Origin: Camelus dromedarius
Taxonomy: Eukaryota
Assembly: GCF_036321535.1 (NCBI RefSeq)
Contig: NC_087437.1
Span: forward strand, 112,842,001 to 112,906,000
Length of the DNA: 64,000 nucleotides
Reading direction: 5' to 3'
Part shown: positions 46,831 to 58,395 of the stretch, in pieces
How positions within the stretch are numbered: position 1 is the stretch's first letter
Layout of the letters: every line of letters starts with the position of its first letter
Translations under genes and position numbers: made by a program
Notes under the pieces: generated by a model
The model's database searches: none
Told to the model about the DNA's origin: nothing
Seen by the model: the letters and a program-made list of their open reading frames with translations, nothing else

Positions 46831-47979
46831 GGACTGGCTGCTTGTTGGGGGGGGTGTGTATGCATGGTTTTCATAACTAAAAATAAACAATTAAGAAGAA
46901 AGGGAGCATAGGAGGAAGGGAAGACCAAGCGTAGAATTTTGAGCCAAGCCATCCAAGAACACCAAGAGCAGCTTTACTTAGAATGTTTCCTAGATGTTTT
47001 TTCCTAATTCTGCTCTTGGGCATGCCATTAATCAAGAATTAGTTCAGGCATTCATTCAACAAACATACATCATTGTGTTCCCTGAAGCAGACCTTCTCCT
47101 AGTTTTCATGCTTCAGTCCAGCCCTTGAATGGGCAAGCATTTGATGATAGTATGACAACCTCATCCTGATGACATTCAGAAACTTCACCCTTAGCGGGTG
47201 ACATGTAGGTCATGTTTATAAGAAACCTGTGCATTTCTGAGTGTTCAGTTCCCTCATCTAAGAATTGCACGTGTTCTTATTCAGTTCGTCAAATCTTTCA
47301 AAGTGTAACAATGGCTGAGGAGCTTCTAGAAACTCTGGGAAACTGTAGGAAGAACGTTGAAATGTCAAGGATTCATAGAGACACAGTGATGGAAATAAAA
47401 CCCCAAGGAGACAGTCAAGGAACAGCAGAAAGACGCAATCATCCCGGAGAACCAGATGGGAGCGCCTGCCCAGGTGTGGTCCACACAGAATTGACGCAGG
47501 ACGAGTGTGTGATTCCTGTGAGCTGGGGGAAACACGGGCTTGTTCTTACACATTCCATCAGGCACAGACGCGTTCTTCACACCCGGCAAGACGTCTCTTA
47601 CACCTGCCTTTATAGCGGGGAGTGTCCGTAAATCACAGGGACACTTGACGGGACCTGCTTCCAGACACTGAAGTCAGAAGCTCCATCCTGCCATCAGGAC
47701 AGGCTCCTGTGTGGTCCCCGCTTCCCCTCATGGCCCTGCGATCCATTCACCACCAGCGTTTGGCTGCTGCTTTCAGAGCATAAATTAGGTCACGGCTCTC
47801 CCTGGCTTACAACCCTGCAAGAAGGACACTTTTTATGAAATGTCAAGGCTGCTTCCATATGTTCTTATGCAATCCTTCAAGCTTCCTGATACTGGAACTG
47901 CTCTTAAAATGAGGCAGTTAAGATAAAGAGAGGTTGCTAAATCACTCTAGCTATTTCGCAGTGTCCTTCCGCGGCTTCC

Positions 47980-48185
47980 ACCTGAACGCTCTGTCCCATT
48001 ACTCTTGGGTTTTCATCATAGCACCTATCACTCCCTGAGGTTTCTATTTGCCTCTGTGTTTACAGCCTACCTTTCCCCACTAGAACACAAGCTCCACCCG
48101 GAGAGGGACTTTAGTGTCTGACTTTGTGCAGTGCTAGAATGATGCCTTGCACACAGTAGGCACTCAAGAAAACTTTGTTCATTAG
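47980..48185 (+). mobile_element. L2 3' end
   Basis: tttcatcatagcacctatcac...ccccactagaacacaagctcc...gcacacagtaggcactcaa. Confidence 0.75.
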
Positions 48186-48293
48186 GCCCTCAATAGATGA
48201 ACCTAATGCTAGTCTCTCAAGAGTTTATTAAATGTGACATCCAAAGTGACCAAGATAGTTACTTGCATTTATAATGAATTATGTAAATAAATA

Positions 48294-48658
48294 AAGTTGA
48301 CCCTTGAACCATGCTGGGATTAAGGGCACTGATCTCCTGTGCCGTTAAAAATCTGTGTATAACTTTTGACTCCTCCAAAACTTAACTACTGATAGCCTCT
48401 TGTTGACCAGAAAATTTACCAAATGCATAAATAGTCAATTAACACATATTTTGCATGTTGTATGTATATCTACATATATTTTATGCATTCATGACATACC
48501 TAACTTTTTCTTAATTTTTTTAAGGTATTTCTAGGCTGGCTACGCAGTTCATCTTCGTGGTTTTTCAAACTGTTGCAAACCTCAAAAAATTTAATATATT
48601 TGTTGAAAAATATTCATGTATAAATGGACTGACACAGTTCAAACTCATGTTGTTTAAG
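48294..48658 (-). mobile_element. Tigger2-derived MITE (internal-deletion derivative)
   Basis: TA plus agttgacccttgaac TIR. The body matches the reverse complement of both ends of the Tigger2 at 54096-57406. Confidence 0.85.
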
Positions 48659-48795
48659 TACATTAAATATGATGGTAACGCAACAAGAATGAGATATGTT
48701 ATCTTTATATAGTTCACTTACCAAATGCTGACCATGTACCATGCATGGTTGAATATGGGTGATTAAAAATTACCCTTAAATTAAGAAGCTTATAA

Positions 48796-48799
48796 GTGT

Positions 48800-48843
<44 letters not shown>
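48796..48843. repeat. (TG)n microsatellite, one interruption
   Basis: gtgtgtgtgtttgtgtg... run. Confidence 0.95.
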
Positions 48844-48845
<2 letters not shown>

Positions 48846-48859
48846 GGTTGGATGGGAAA

Positions 48860-50050
48860 CAGAACACAGGCAAGTGCACAATGTCACCACACTGTGTAAT
48901 AAGTACAATTATAGAGGTAAACACAGGTGTTGGTGGCATAGAGTAGGGCAGGTAAATACAAAGGGGCTTGGGGTGGGATGTTAGGGAAAGCTTTCAAGAG
49001 GAGCTGAGAATGCAGCTGAGTTAGGAAGAACGTAATAATTATCCAAAAAAATGAGGAAGCCTATAGAAGGCTGGAAGAGACTTATCAAAGGCAAGGAAGT
49101 AGGGTGCTTTGAGGGGGGACTATGGTACAAGGCAGGGATGTATTGAGAGATTAAACTGGATATGTTTGGAAGAATCATTCACAGATGACCTTGAATTTCT
49201 TTGAATTTTATATCACCGTGTCTGCTCTATTTCCCAATGTATACCCCTTACCTGCACAGTGCCTGTCAGATGGTAGGATCTCAGTAAATAATTGCTGAAT
49301 GAGTGAATGAATTTGGAATGTTACCCCAGAGCATCCCTTGCTCCAGGAGCCAGTTAGAGTTTTAAATAGGGAGGGGAACTGATCAGATTGATATTTGAGT
49401 TGGACTATTCTGAGAGTAGAAGAAGGAAGACTCAAGTCACTGAGAGGTGATCAGGAGTGAATTTAAGGACCCTGGAGTGAGGTGGTTCAGAAGGATGAGA
49501 TGGATTTGAGAGTTACTTGTTGACTGATTGGATGAGAAATAAGAGATAAGGTCAAGGCTAGGAGGGTTGCAAATTTCTGGCATCAGACCTGGGTGTTTGG
49601 TGGTGCCACTCACAGGACACAGAACCCAAAGGGAGCTACTGGATTCAGCTGGACTCCTGAATCTTGGTTGCATTTGGAACATCCTGGCAGAGATGTCTAG
49701 TAGCCAAAACGTGGGCCTGGAGCCCAAGACAGAGATCTAGGCTGGAATAAGAAGTGGATACCAGCAGGGTCTAAGTAGTGCATGGAATGTAACTGTGAGG
49801 AGAGAGCTCAGGGAGGGAACCCTCCAGAGCAGAGGCTACCAGGGTCCTGGAGGCACGTGAAAGGATGAAGCAGAGAGGTGACCCACAACTGGCTCAAAAA
49901 TGGTGGTGGACCAAGAATCATGGTTTGAAGGAACCAATGTCAGAGGCAAAAGGACCTTGCCATTGAACAAAACTGAAGCATGAAAGAATGACCAATAAGA
50001 CTGAAAGTTGAAAGGATAAAATCAAGACTGGAATGAGGTAGGAGGAATGG
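48860..50050 (-). mobile_element. Fragmented L2 with a nested sense L2 tail (49215-49310)
   Basis: agggaaagctttcaagaggag, gagatggatttgagag and ggcagagatgtctagtag. Nested tail: cctgcacagtgcctgtcagatggtagg...ctgaatgagtgaatgaa. Confidence 0.7.
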
Positions 50051-50954
50051 GCCAAGGCAGGCAGCCTGGAACAGGCAGGGAGAGGGTGTCGGAACTCCCT
50101 TTTTATATGATACCCTGGGTGAGGTGCAGGGTGGGGTGGCTTCCAGGAACCATTGTGATGGAGCAGCTTCTGTGTTTCCGTAACTTTCAATGCCATGTCC
50201 CGGGAGATTAGGGCTTTTTTAAATACTGTGTCCCTGGGATCCTGGCCTTTACCTGTACTTCTTCCGTAATTCTTCCCAACCCAGCCTCTGCTGTCTAGAA
50301 CTGGAGCAATCAACTGTTCAGGGTGGGGCAGCTGGAGGGAGGTCCAGGCGTGGCATCTGCATGCGGGCAATTACACGTCTAGACTCATTACTCATATTCC
50401 TTAGCACTGATTTTCACATAATCAGGCATTTCCAGTCATTCCCAGTTCCTCTTCCTAGATCCTCTGACCTCTGACCCTTGTTCTAGGGAAGTTTTGTTAC
50501 AGTTTCTTGGGTACTGAGAACATAGGATCCTTGCTGTTTGGGTCTCAGTTTCCCCTTGTTTCAGTTCTAATGTGCTGTACTCCTTTGGGGGAAACAGGGC
50601 AATGTGGTTTTGCACAGCTGTGGATGCAGGAAAGGAGAGTGCCACCCTTTTCCACCTGATGTTAGGATGGAGAGACCAGCATTTATCCTAAGGTCTGAGC
50701 TGTCTTTGAATTTCTTCTAGAATATTTTTGTTTCAGGCCCCCTGAGGGGAATGATGCTGCAGGGACTCCCTAGAGGGAGGCCATGTAGGGCGTCCAATTA
50801 CAGAGACCTGTGTCCAAATGGAACCCATAGCCCCAAGTTTGAGGCTCTTCTTTTTCCTCTATTCTGCATCCTGAGGGGAGCCACTGAGCTAAAGGCTCAG
50901 GTACCACCCATACAGGGACAGCCCACGCTCTAGGTGAAGTCCTACCTTGTCCAG

Positions 50955-51295
50955 CCAACAAGTGTTTGTTCAGTATCCTCTGTGTGTCAGGTGTAATATC
51001 AGGGGCCAGGATCTGACAGCAATTAGAGCAAACCCTGCTCTGGGAGCCTGCCTTCTGCTGATGTCACGAAGGCACCTCAAACCCATTATGTGCTGGAGGC
51101 TGACACTTAACGGAGCCAGGCACTGTTTTAGACGCTTTCCGTGTATAAACGTCTTTCATCTTTGTGACAGCCCTGTGACCTAGTACTCTCCTCATTTTTC
51201 AGAGAATAAAATTGCCTGAAGTTAAGGAATTTGCCCAATGTGCAGCTGGTGAGCACAGAGCTGGACTGGAACCTGGGCAGCCTAATTCTATCTGC
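50955..51295 (-). mobile_element. L2 tail fragment followed by MIR
   Basis: ccaacaagtgtttgttcagtatcctctgtgtgtcagg and gccaggcactgttttagacgcttt...ctcatttttcagagaataaaattg. Confidence 0.7.
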
Positions 51296-51734
51296 TACTA
51301 AACATCTTGTTTCTTGCCCTAAACAAAAATTGTGATTTGCCTCTCACACTGTCTCCCTAAATGTCACCAGTATCCATCCAATGACAGAGAACAAGTGTCC
51401 AGAAGTCACTGTTGCACCTTCTTCTGCCTCACCCTCTGTGTCCATTCAACCAACAGGCCTCACTGACTTTTTCTTTTAAGTTTTTCTTCAAGAGGCAGAA
51501 AGATGTGTGGTTTTGGTCTCCACTGTATCCAGTCCCCAGCACATATAGTCACAACTCTTTGGTGAGTCAATCAATGAACCCTACACATGGTTAGCCTGGA
51601 GGGATGGAGTTCCCTACTTCTGGATTCATCACTTTGTTCTAGATGGGGAAGGCCAGGGGCAAATCATGACTGAGATGGAATCCCTTGTCAGGCTTTGGTA
51701 GGTGGGAACCAAACCAGAAGATCTGATTTTGATA

Positions 51735-51784
51735 CATAGGTAGATAGATAGATGGATAGATAGATGGATAGATAGATAGACAGA
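51735..51784. repeat. (GATA/GATG)n tetranucleotide repeat
   Basis: tagatagatagatggatagatagatggatagatagatagacag. Confidence 0.9.
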
Positions 51785-51874
51785 TTAATGCGATAATTCT
51801 AGCACCTGAGGTGGGGAGAAAATTCATGCAACCTCCATCTATTTACTTGTCTGTCTCTTCAATCAGAATGTGCA

Positions 51875-52080
51875 GCAGTTATTAAACACCTCCCACATGG
51901 CAGGCAGGATTCCCCATGTAATCCTCCCCACAACCCTATGCCTTAAGTGTGATTATGTTACAGATGGGGAAACCGAAGCCCAGAGACTTCAGTTACTTGG
52001 TCAAGGTCACACAGCCATTAAGCAATGGAACTAGAGTTTGGATCCAGACAGTCTGGTTTTGGCTCCATGCCCTTTATCAC
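51875..52080 (-). mobile_element. MIR SINE
   Basis: taatcctccccacaaccctatg...ttacagatggggaaaccgaagcccagaga...acttggtcaaggtcacacagc. Confidence 0.85.
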
Positions 52081-52740
52081 CAAGCTCTACTGACCCCAAA
52101 GAGCTGTCTTTGGTGAGATCTGCTCCAAGGACAGCTATTCCCTGCCAACCAAGCTCTTTTACTTCATGGCTGCAATCTCTTGGATTTAGGGTGGATGTAC
52201 CTTCTGAGCTGGATCTCAAGTGAGGTTCCTTCTTCAGATCAAAGATGATGGTCAGTGTCAGCAGTCACTTGAACTCAGTGCATGTGTCCTCAGGGCAGTC
52301 AAGCTATGGGCTAGCCATCTTCCACAGTGGGCTTGGAGAAGTAGAGAGACAAGAAAGGGTGGGGGGAAGGGGAAGAGGGGGTGGAACACTTTTACAGCAG
52401 AGCAGAGACAGATACATGTAGTCCCAGACACCAAAAATGTCATGTCTAGTTCTTCAGGAGACTCAGCCTCACATCCTGTTCCTGGATCCTAGGATATACT
52501 CTCAGATCCTTTAGTGAATCCCTATGTTTTGCTTTTTCATTGTAATAATTACAAAATGATGGTCAATGAGATAGGTAAAAATAGAAAAAGCGTGTTTTAG
52601 ACAGCATTCGATGAACCTTAATCTTACAGAAAAGAGATGAGCTGCAATCTGCTGCGTGTGTGTCTGGATGTGAGCTTGCATGTATTTATAGGGTATGTCT
52701 ACTCAAATCAGGGGGTAGAAAGTTGAAAGAGGCTTCAGTT

Positions 52741-53541
52741 TTTTTTATTTTTATGTTTTTCATTTGTTCATTCAACTAATATTTATTTATTTAATTTTAA
52801 AATATATTTTTAATTGAGTTATAGTCATTTTACAATGTTGTGTCAAATTCCAGTGTAGAGCACAATTTTTCAGTTATACATGAACAACATAAATTCATTG
52901 TCACATTTTTTTTCACTGTGAGCCACCACAAGATCTTGTACATATTTCCCTGTGCTATACAGTATAATCTTGTTTATCTATTCTGCATATGCCTGTCAGT
53001 ATCTACAAATCTCGAACTCCCAGTCTATCCCTTCCCACCCTCCTCCCCCTTGGCAACCACAGGTTTGTATTCTATGTCTATGAGTCTGTTTCTGTTTTGT
53101 ATTTATGTTTTTGTTTTTTAGATTCCTCATATAAGCGATCTCATATGGTATTTTTCTTTCTCTTTCTGGCTTACTTCACTTAGAATGACTTTCTCCAGGA
53201 ACATCCATGTTGCTGCAAACGGTGTTATGTTGTCGGGTTTTATGGCTGAATAGTATTCCATTGTATAAATATACCACATCTTCTTTATCCAGTCTTCTGT
53301 TGATGGACATTTAGGTTGTTTCCATGTCTTGGCTATTGTAAATAGTGCTGCTATGAACATTGGGGTGCAGGTATCATTTTGAAGTAGGGTTCCTTCTGGA
53401 TTTATGCCCAGGAGTGGGATTCCTGGGTCATATGGTAAGTCTACTCCTGGTCTTTTGAGGAATCTCCATCCTGTTTTCCACAGTGGCTGCACTAAACTGC
53501 ATTTCCACCAGCAGTGTAGGAGGGTTCCCTTTTCTCCAAAG
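52741..53541 (-). mobile_element. Young lineage-specific L1 3' end with extra 3' sequence
   Basis: ORF 53127-53555(-) is the ORF2 C-terminus ([13 protein letters not shown]...WKQPKCPS). TSD gaaagaggcttcagtt 52725-52740 / gaaagtggcttcaatt 53542-53557. Same family as 25135-25770. Confidence 0.92.
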
Positions 53542-53948
53542 GAAAGTGGCTTCAATTTTAAAATAGGCTAGTGGAGAAATTCAAAAGCCACCCCAAAACA
53601 CATGATACAGTGATATGAAACTAAATTCCAGATGAAAGATGTGGGCACAGAGTTTCCTCTTGACACAGCAGATAGACTCCAACTCTAACATCCCAACCCT
53701 GGTATTCACAGCTGCTCAGGCAGGATCATTCTAGAAGTACCAAGCATCCATATCCACATCCAGTCCTCACATCTCTACCAAGAACTTGGATCTGTAACTA
53801 CTTTTAAGGTCCCGAATCTTTCACAACTAGACTAAATTGGTCTAAGACAGCAAATACCCTCTTCTTGGTTGTTGGGTAAATGACTTTGTAACCCCAGGAA
53901 AATGTAGAGATCAGTACAGATGATGAGCTAATCAAGACCAGAGTACTG

Positions 53949-54095
53949 CTATACTTTATCAATTTTAACGTCTTGGATATTGGAGTGCATTCTACCATCA
54001 GTGGTATCATACAACAAATGGTATTTTTTCTTCCTTAGTGATATTAAAATAATGTTGCATCTTATAATTGAAGGCATCTTAGATCCCACGAAATA
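53949..54095 (+). mobile_element. MER104-like (TcMar-Tc2) element
   Basis: attttttcttccttagtgatattaaaataatgttgcatcttataattgaaggcatcttagatcccacgaaata matches my recollection of the MER104 right end. Confidence 0.7.
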
Positions 54096-57000
54096 CACTT
54101 GACCCTTGAACAACAACACAGGTTCGAACTGTGCAGTTCCACTTATACACAGATTTTTTTTCCAATGGATATATTGGAAAAAAGTTTTGAGATTTGAAAC
54201 AATTTGAAAAAACTCACAAACTGTGTGGCCTAAAAATATCAAAAAAATTAGGGACAAGTTAGATAAGTCATGAATGCACAAAATATCTGTAGATGCTAGT
54301 CCATTTTATTATTTATTACCATAAAATAAACACAACTTGATTATAAACAAAACTGATCAAAACTTACGTACACAGACAGATCATACAGGGTGCCATTTGC
54401 TGTTGAGAGAAATGTAAACAAATGTAAAGATGCAATATTAAATCATAGCTGCATAAAATTAACAGTAGTACATACTCTACTGTTGTGACAGTTTCGTAGC
54501 CACCTCCTGTTGTATTGCAGTGAGCTCAAGTGTTATGAATATCTGCTTAAAATGCTGCATGACACTCGTCGTCTCTGCGTGAGCAGTTAGTCTCTCCAGT
54601 AAATTGCATTTCAGAGTAAAAAGTGACCTCTCTTGGTTCTGGCTTACTTTTCATTGTGTTTAAAGTGCAAGACTGTAAACCTCAAAGAATGCCCTCGGAC
54701 CCATACGAAGTGTCACTAGTGATGCTGGAAGTTCTCCCAAGAAGCAGAGAAAAGTCATGACTTTACAAGAAAGAGTTGAATTGCTTCACATGTGCCATAG
54801 CTTGAGGTCTGCAGCTGTGGTTGCCAGCCATTTAAAGATAAATGAATCCAGTGTAAAGACCCTTATAAGAAAAGAAAAGGGAATTCATGGAGCTGTTGCT
54901 GGAGCTATGCCAGTAGGTGTGAAAATCTTGAGCTTCTGTAGAATATCTTTTTGAAGACGCAGCTTTTATGTGGATTGCTATAGGAAAGGTATACCCATAG
55001 ACTTTGATATGACTTGAGAAAACACATAGTCCCTACATGACAACTTAAAACAAAAAGTAGGTGAAAGATCTAAAACTGGAGAATTTAATGCCAGCAAAGG
55101 ATGGTTTGATAATTTTTAGAAAGAGATTTGGCTCAGAAAATGTTGGGATGGCAGGAAAAGCAGCTTATGCTGACCAACAGGCAGAGGGGTTCCCAGATAC
55201 CATTAAGAAAATCATTGAGGAGAAAGGATATCTACCTGAATAGGTTTTAAACGCAGATAAAATGTCCTATTCTGGAAAAAAAAATGCCACAAAGAAGATC
55301 TATTAGTAAGGAAGAGAAATGAGCACTGAGATTTAAGGCAGAAGGGGTAGGCTAACTCTACTGTTTTGTGCAAATGCAGTTGGGTTTGTGATTAGGACCG
55401 CTGATTATAAAACAAGAAGGTCTGGACAACAAGAACACTTTTTCTGGATTGGTTCCATCGATGCATTATCCCTGAAGTCAGGAAATACATTGCCAGTAAG
55501 GGCCTGCCTTTTAAAGTTCTTTTGATATTAGACGATGCCTCTGGCCACAAGAACCCCATGAATTCGACACTGAAGACAGTGAAGGGGTCTAATTGCCCCT
55601 GAAAACGACATCTCTAATTCAGCCTCTAGATCATAAGAATCTTTAAAGCTCATCATAGACGGTACTCTGTGGAAAGAATTGTCAATGCTATGGAAAAGAA
55701 TGCCAGTAGAGAGAATATCATGAAAGTCTTGAGGGATTACATCACTGAAGATGCCATCGTTTTTATAGGAAAATCTGTGGAAGCCTTCAAGCCTGAAACA
55801 ATACATTTCTGCTGGAGAAAACTGTGTCCAGATGGTGTGCGTGACTTCACAGGATTTACGACAGAGCCAATCAAGGAAATCATTAAAGAGATTGCGGATA
55901 TGGCAAAAAAGGTGAGGGGTGAAGGGTTTCAAGATATGGATCTTGAAGAAATTCAAGAGCTAATAGACACCATACCAGAGGATTTAACAGGAGATGACTT
56001 GGTGGAGGTGTGTGCTTCTGAATCAGTACCAGACGATGAGGAAGAAGACATAGAAAAAACAGTGCCGGAAAATAAACTGAATCAGAGAGTCTGGCAGAAG
56101 GGTTCCAATTATTCAAGACTGCTTTTGACTTCTTTTATGACATGGACCCTTCTATGATATGGGCACTGGGACTAAAGCAAATAGTGGAAGAAGGATTGGT
56201 AATGTGTGGAAACACTTTTAGAGAAATGAAAAAGCAAAGAAGTCAGACATTATGGTATATTTCCATAAAGTTGCAGCAACTGAACCTGCCTCTCCTGCCT
56301 CCCCTTCCACCTCCCCCACCTCTGTCACCCCGAGACAGCAAGACCCACCCCCTCTATCTCCTCCTCCCTCTGAGCCTATTCGACCTGAAGATGATGACGA
56401 TGAAGACCTTTATGATGATCCAATTCCACTTAATGAATAGGAAATAATCATCCTGCCATACAGTTAATAAACTTATCCTGGTGTATATGTGAGAGTCTCT
56501 GTGTGAATAACTGTAGAGTGAGAACAGTGTGAGACATTTATGTGTCATCATCATCGCTTAAGTGTTTATCATGTAGAACATCACGTGTAAGACTTGTACT
56601 CAGGTAGCTAGCCTCTCCTTACATAGGCATAATGAGCCACGGTGAATATAAAGTTAATAGTGCATTCATTTTCTTACTGTTTTACAACCTTGCTTTCAAA
56701 GAATTGCATTACTTTACAGTACACCTCTCTCCTTTGTAATTGGAGAAACTGTGTATCAGCCTATCATCACAGGTAAGTGGCTTTTTAAAAAATGTAACAA
56801 TGTTTTCAATACTGTATTATGAATATGACTAGAATACTGTTTGCCACAAATACTTTATAATGATTCATCCATTAGTGTATAGGCTGGGTCATCATGAAAC
56901 AACCAAACTGATTACACTAGGCTATAATAGGGCACTATATTGCTGCTTCTTTGTTATCAGTACATAAATATTATACATGAAAATAAATATGAATTTTTGC

Positions 57001-57406
57001 TTTACATTATCTTTTCATTTTTAATGTCTAGGGTTAGTAATACATGTAACATCTACAGTGTTTTGTATCACTGAAGACAATATTGAGGTAGGAACTGACA
57101 ATTAATTTTGTAAACACACAACATAAACTTAAGATATCAATAAAAGTGGTACAGTACTGTAAATGTATTTTCTCTATGATTTTCTTAATAAAATTTTCTT
57201 TTTTCTAGCTTACTTTATTGTAATAATAAAGTATAAAATACATATAACATACAAAATATGTATGTCAACTGTTTATGTTTGGTAAGGCTTCCAGGTAACA
57301 GCAGCCTATTAGTAGTTAACTTTTGGGGGACTGAAAATTATACATGATTTTTCAGCTGCAAGAGGGATCAGCGCCTCTAATCCCTGCATTGCTCAAGGGT
57401 CAAATT
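54096..57406 (+). mobile_element. Near-full-length Tigger2-family (pogo/TcMar-Tigger) DNA transposon, 3311 bp
   Basis: TA|cacttgacccttgaacaac ... attgctcaagggtcaaatt|TA terminal inverted repeats, with internal transposase remnants. Confidence 0.92.
54694..56440 (+). pseudogene. Decayed Tigger2 transposase (CENP-B-like HTH plus DDE domain)
   Basis: Frameshifted segments PKKQRKVMTLQERVELL, GWFDNF, IKKIIEEKGYLPE*, LDDA, QPLD, ERIVNAME...EIQELIDT and acidic tail EDDDDEDLYDDPIPLNE*. Multiple stops and frameshifts. Confidence 0.9.
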
Positions 57407-57599
57407 TATAGCATTCCTTCTTTGGTGAGGTTAGAAACAAGTTTTTAATCATCATTATAATCCGTGTGTTATTTAAAGAATCTTGAAACGTTGAAGAAAA
57501 TCTAACATATTAGAGAACCTGGCATATTAGACTTGTGATTTTAATTTGAAACATTAAGAGGATATAGTTAATTAAACTTGCATGTAGTCTTTGAAAATT

Positions 57600-58045
57600 G
57601 TATTAACCCCAAAGTACAATGCCTGAAAGATGACAGAGGTTTGTTTCATGTTCATGTAGCAGTCAAGTGGTGAGTGGTCCAGAGCTGTGGGCCAAGCAGC
57701 TTTGCAATGTGAGGTCTTCTAGGGAATTGAGCCTTTCTCTACTTTGACTCTGCCTTGGCTTAACTTGTCATCTTCATCAGTGTGGTTGATGTTGACACAT
57801 CATAACAACCAGGAAAGGTGGGAAAGAAATGTGTCCAGGGCAAGTGTCTTAAAGGAGATGATCTGGTTGTAGCATACATCATATCCGCTCATATCCCACT
57901 GGCCCAATCTTAGTCACATGACCACAGCTAACGGCAAAAAGGTAGCCTACTATTGGGTGGACATGTGTCCAGCTGAAACTCAGCAGTTTTAGCTAACAGG
58001 AAAAAGGGAAGAATTAACATCAAAAAGTACTTTGCAGTCATCCAC
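57600..58045 (-). mobile_element. Old MaLR LTR (MLT1J/K/L-like)
   Basis: atccgctcatatcccactggcccaatcttagtcacatgaccacagctaacggcaa. Confidence 0.6.
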
Positions 58046-58395
58046 CATGAGTTTTAAGAAACTTCACTCATTAGATTTATTAAATTTCAATAATTGCTTA
58101 AAGGTTTAGGAAGATTTTACTTGTCTGTTTTATAAGTTTGCCATGTCAGTTGTTTGAAGTGTTTTAGAGAAACAGATTATTTTTAAATTTTAAATGCACT
58201 TAAAATGTTTCAGGAAATTAAATAATAAGTTTATAAATAAGGCTAATTATTTAGGAGGATTTACTATGTTAAACATTAATCAGGGGAAAATGAAGGCAAT
58301 TAATATCATTTTTATGTAAAAACTACCACACATAAGAATAAGACTGCAAGTTAAACATAAGGGGTTAAAAAACCCTAGGTTTTAAAATGAGACAA

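Noticed and set aside
55669..56157. TIGD/CENP-B-like host gene
   Set aside because: It lies within TIR-bounded Tigger2, and the reading frame is broken by many stops and frameshifts.
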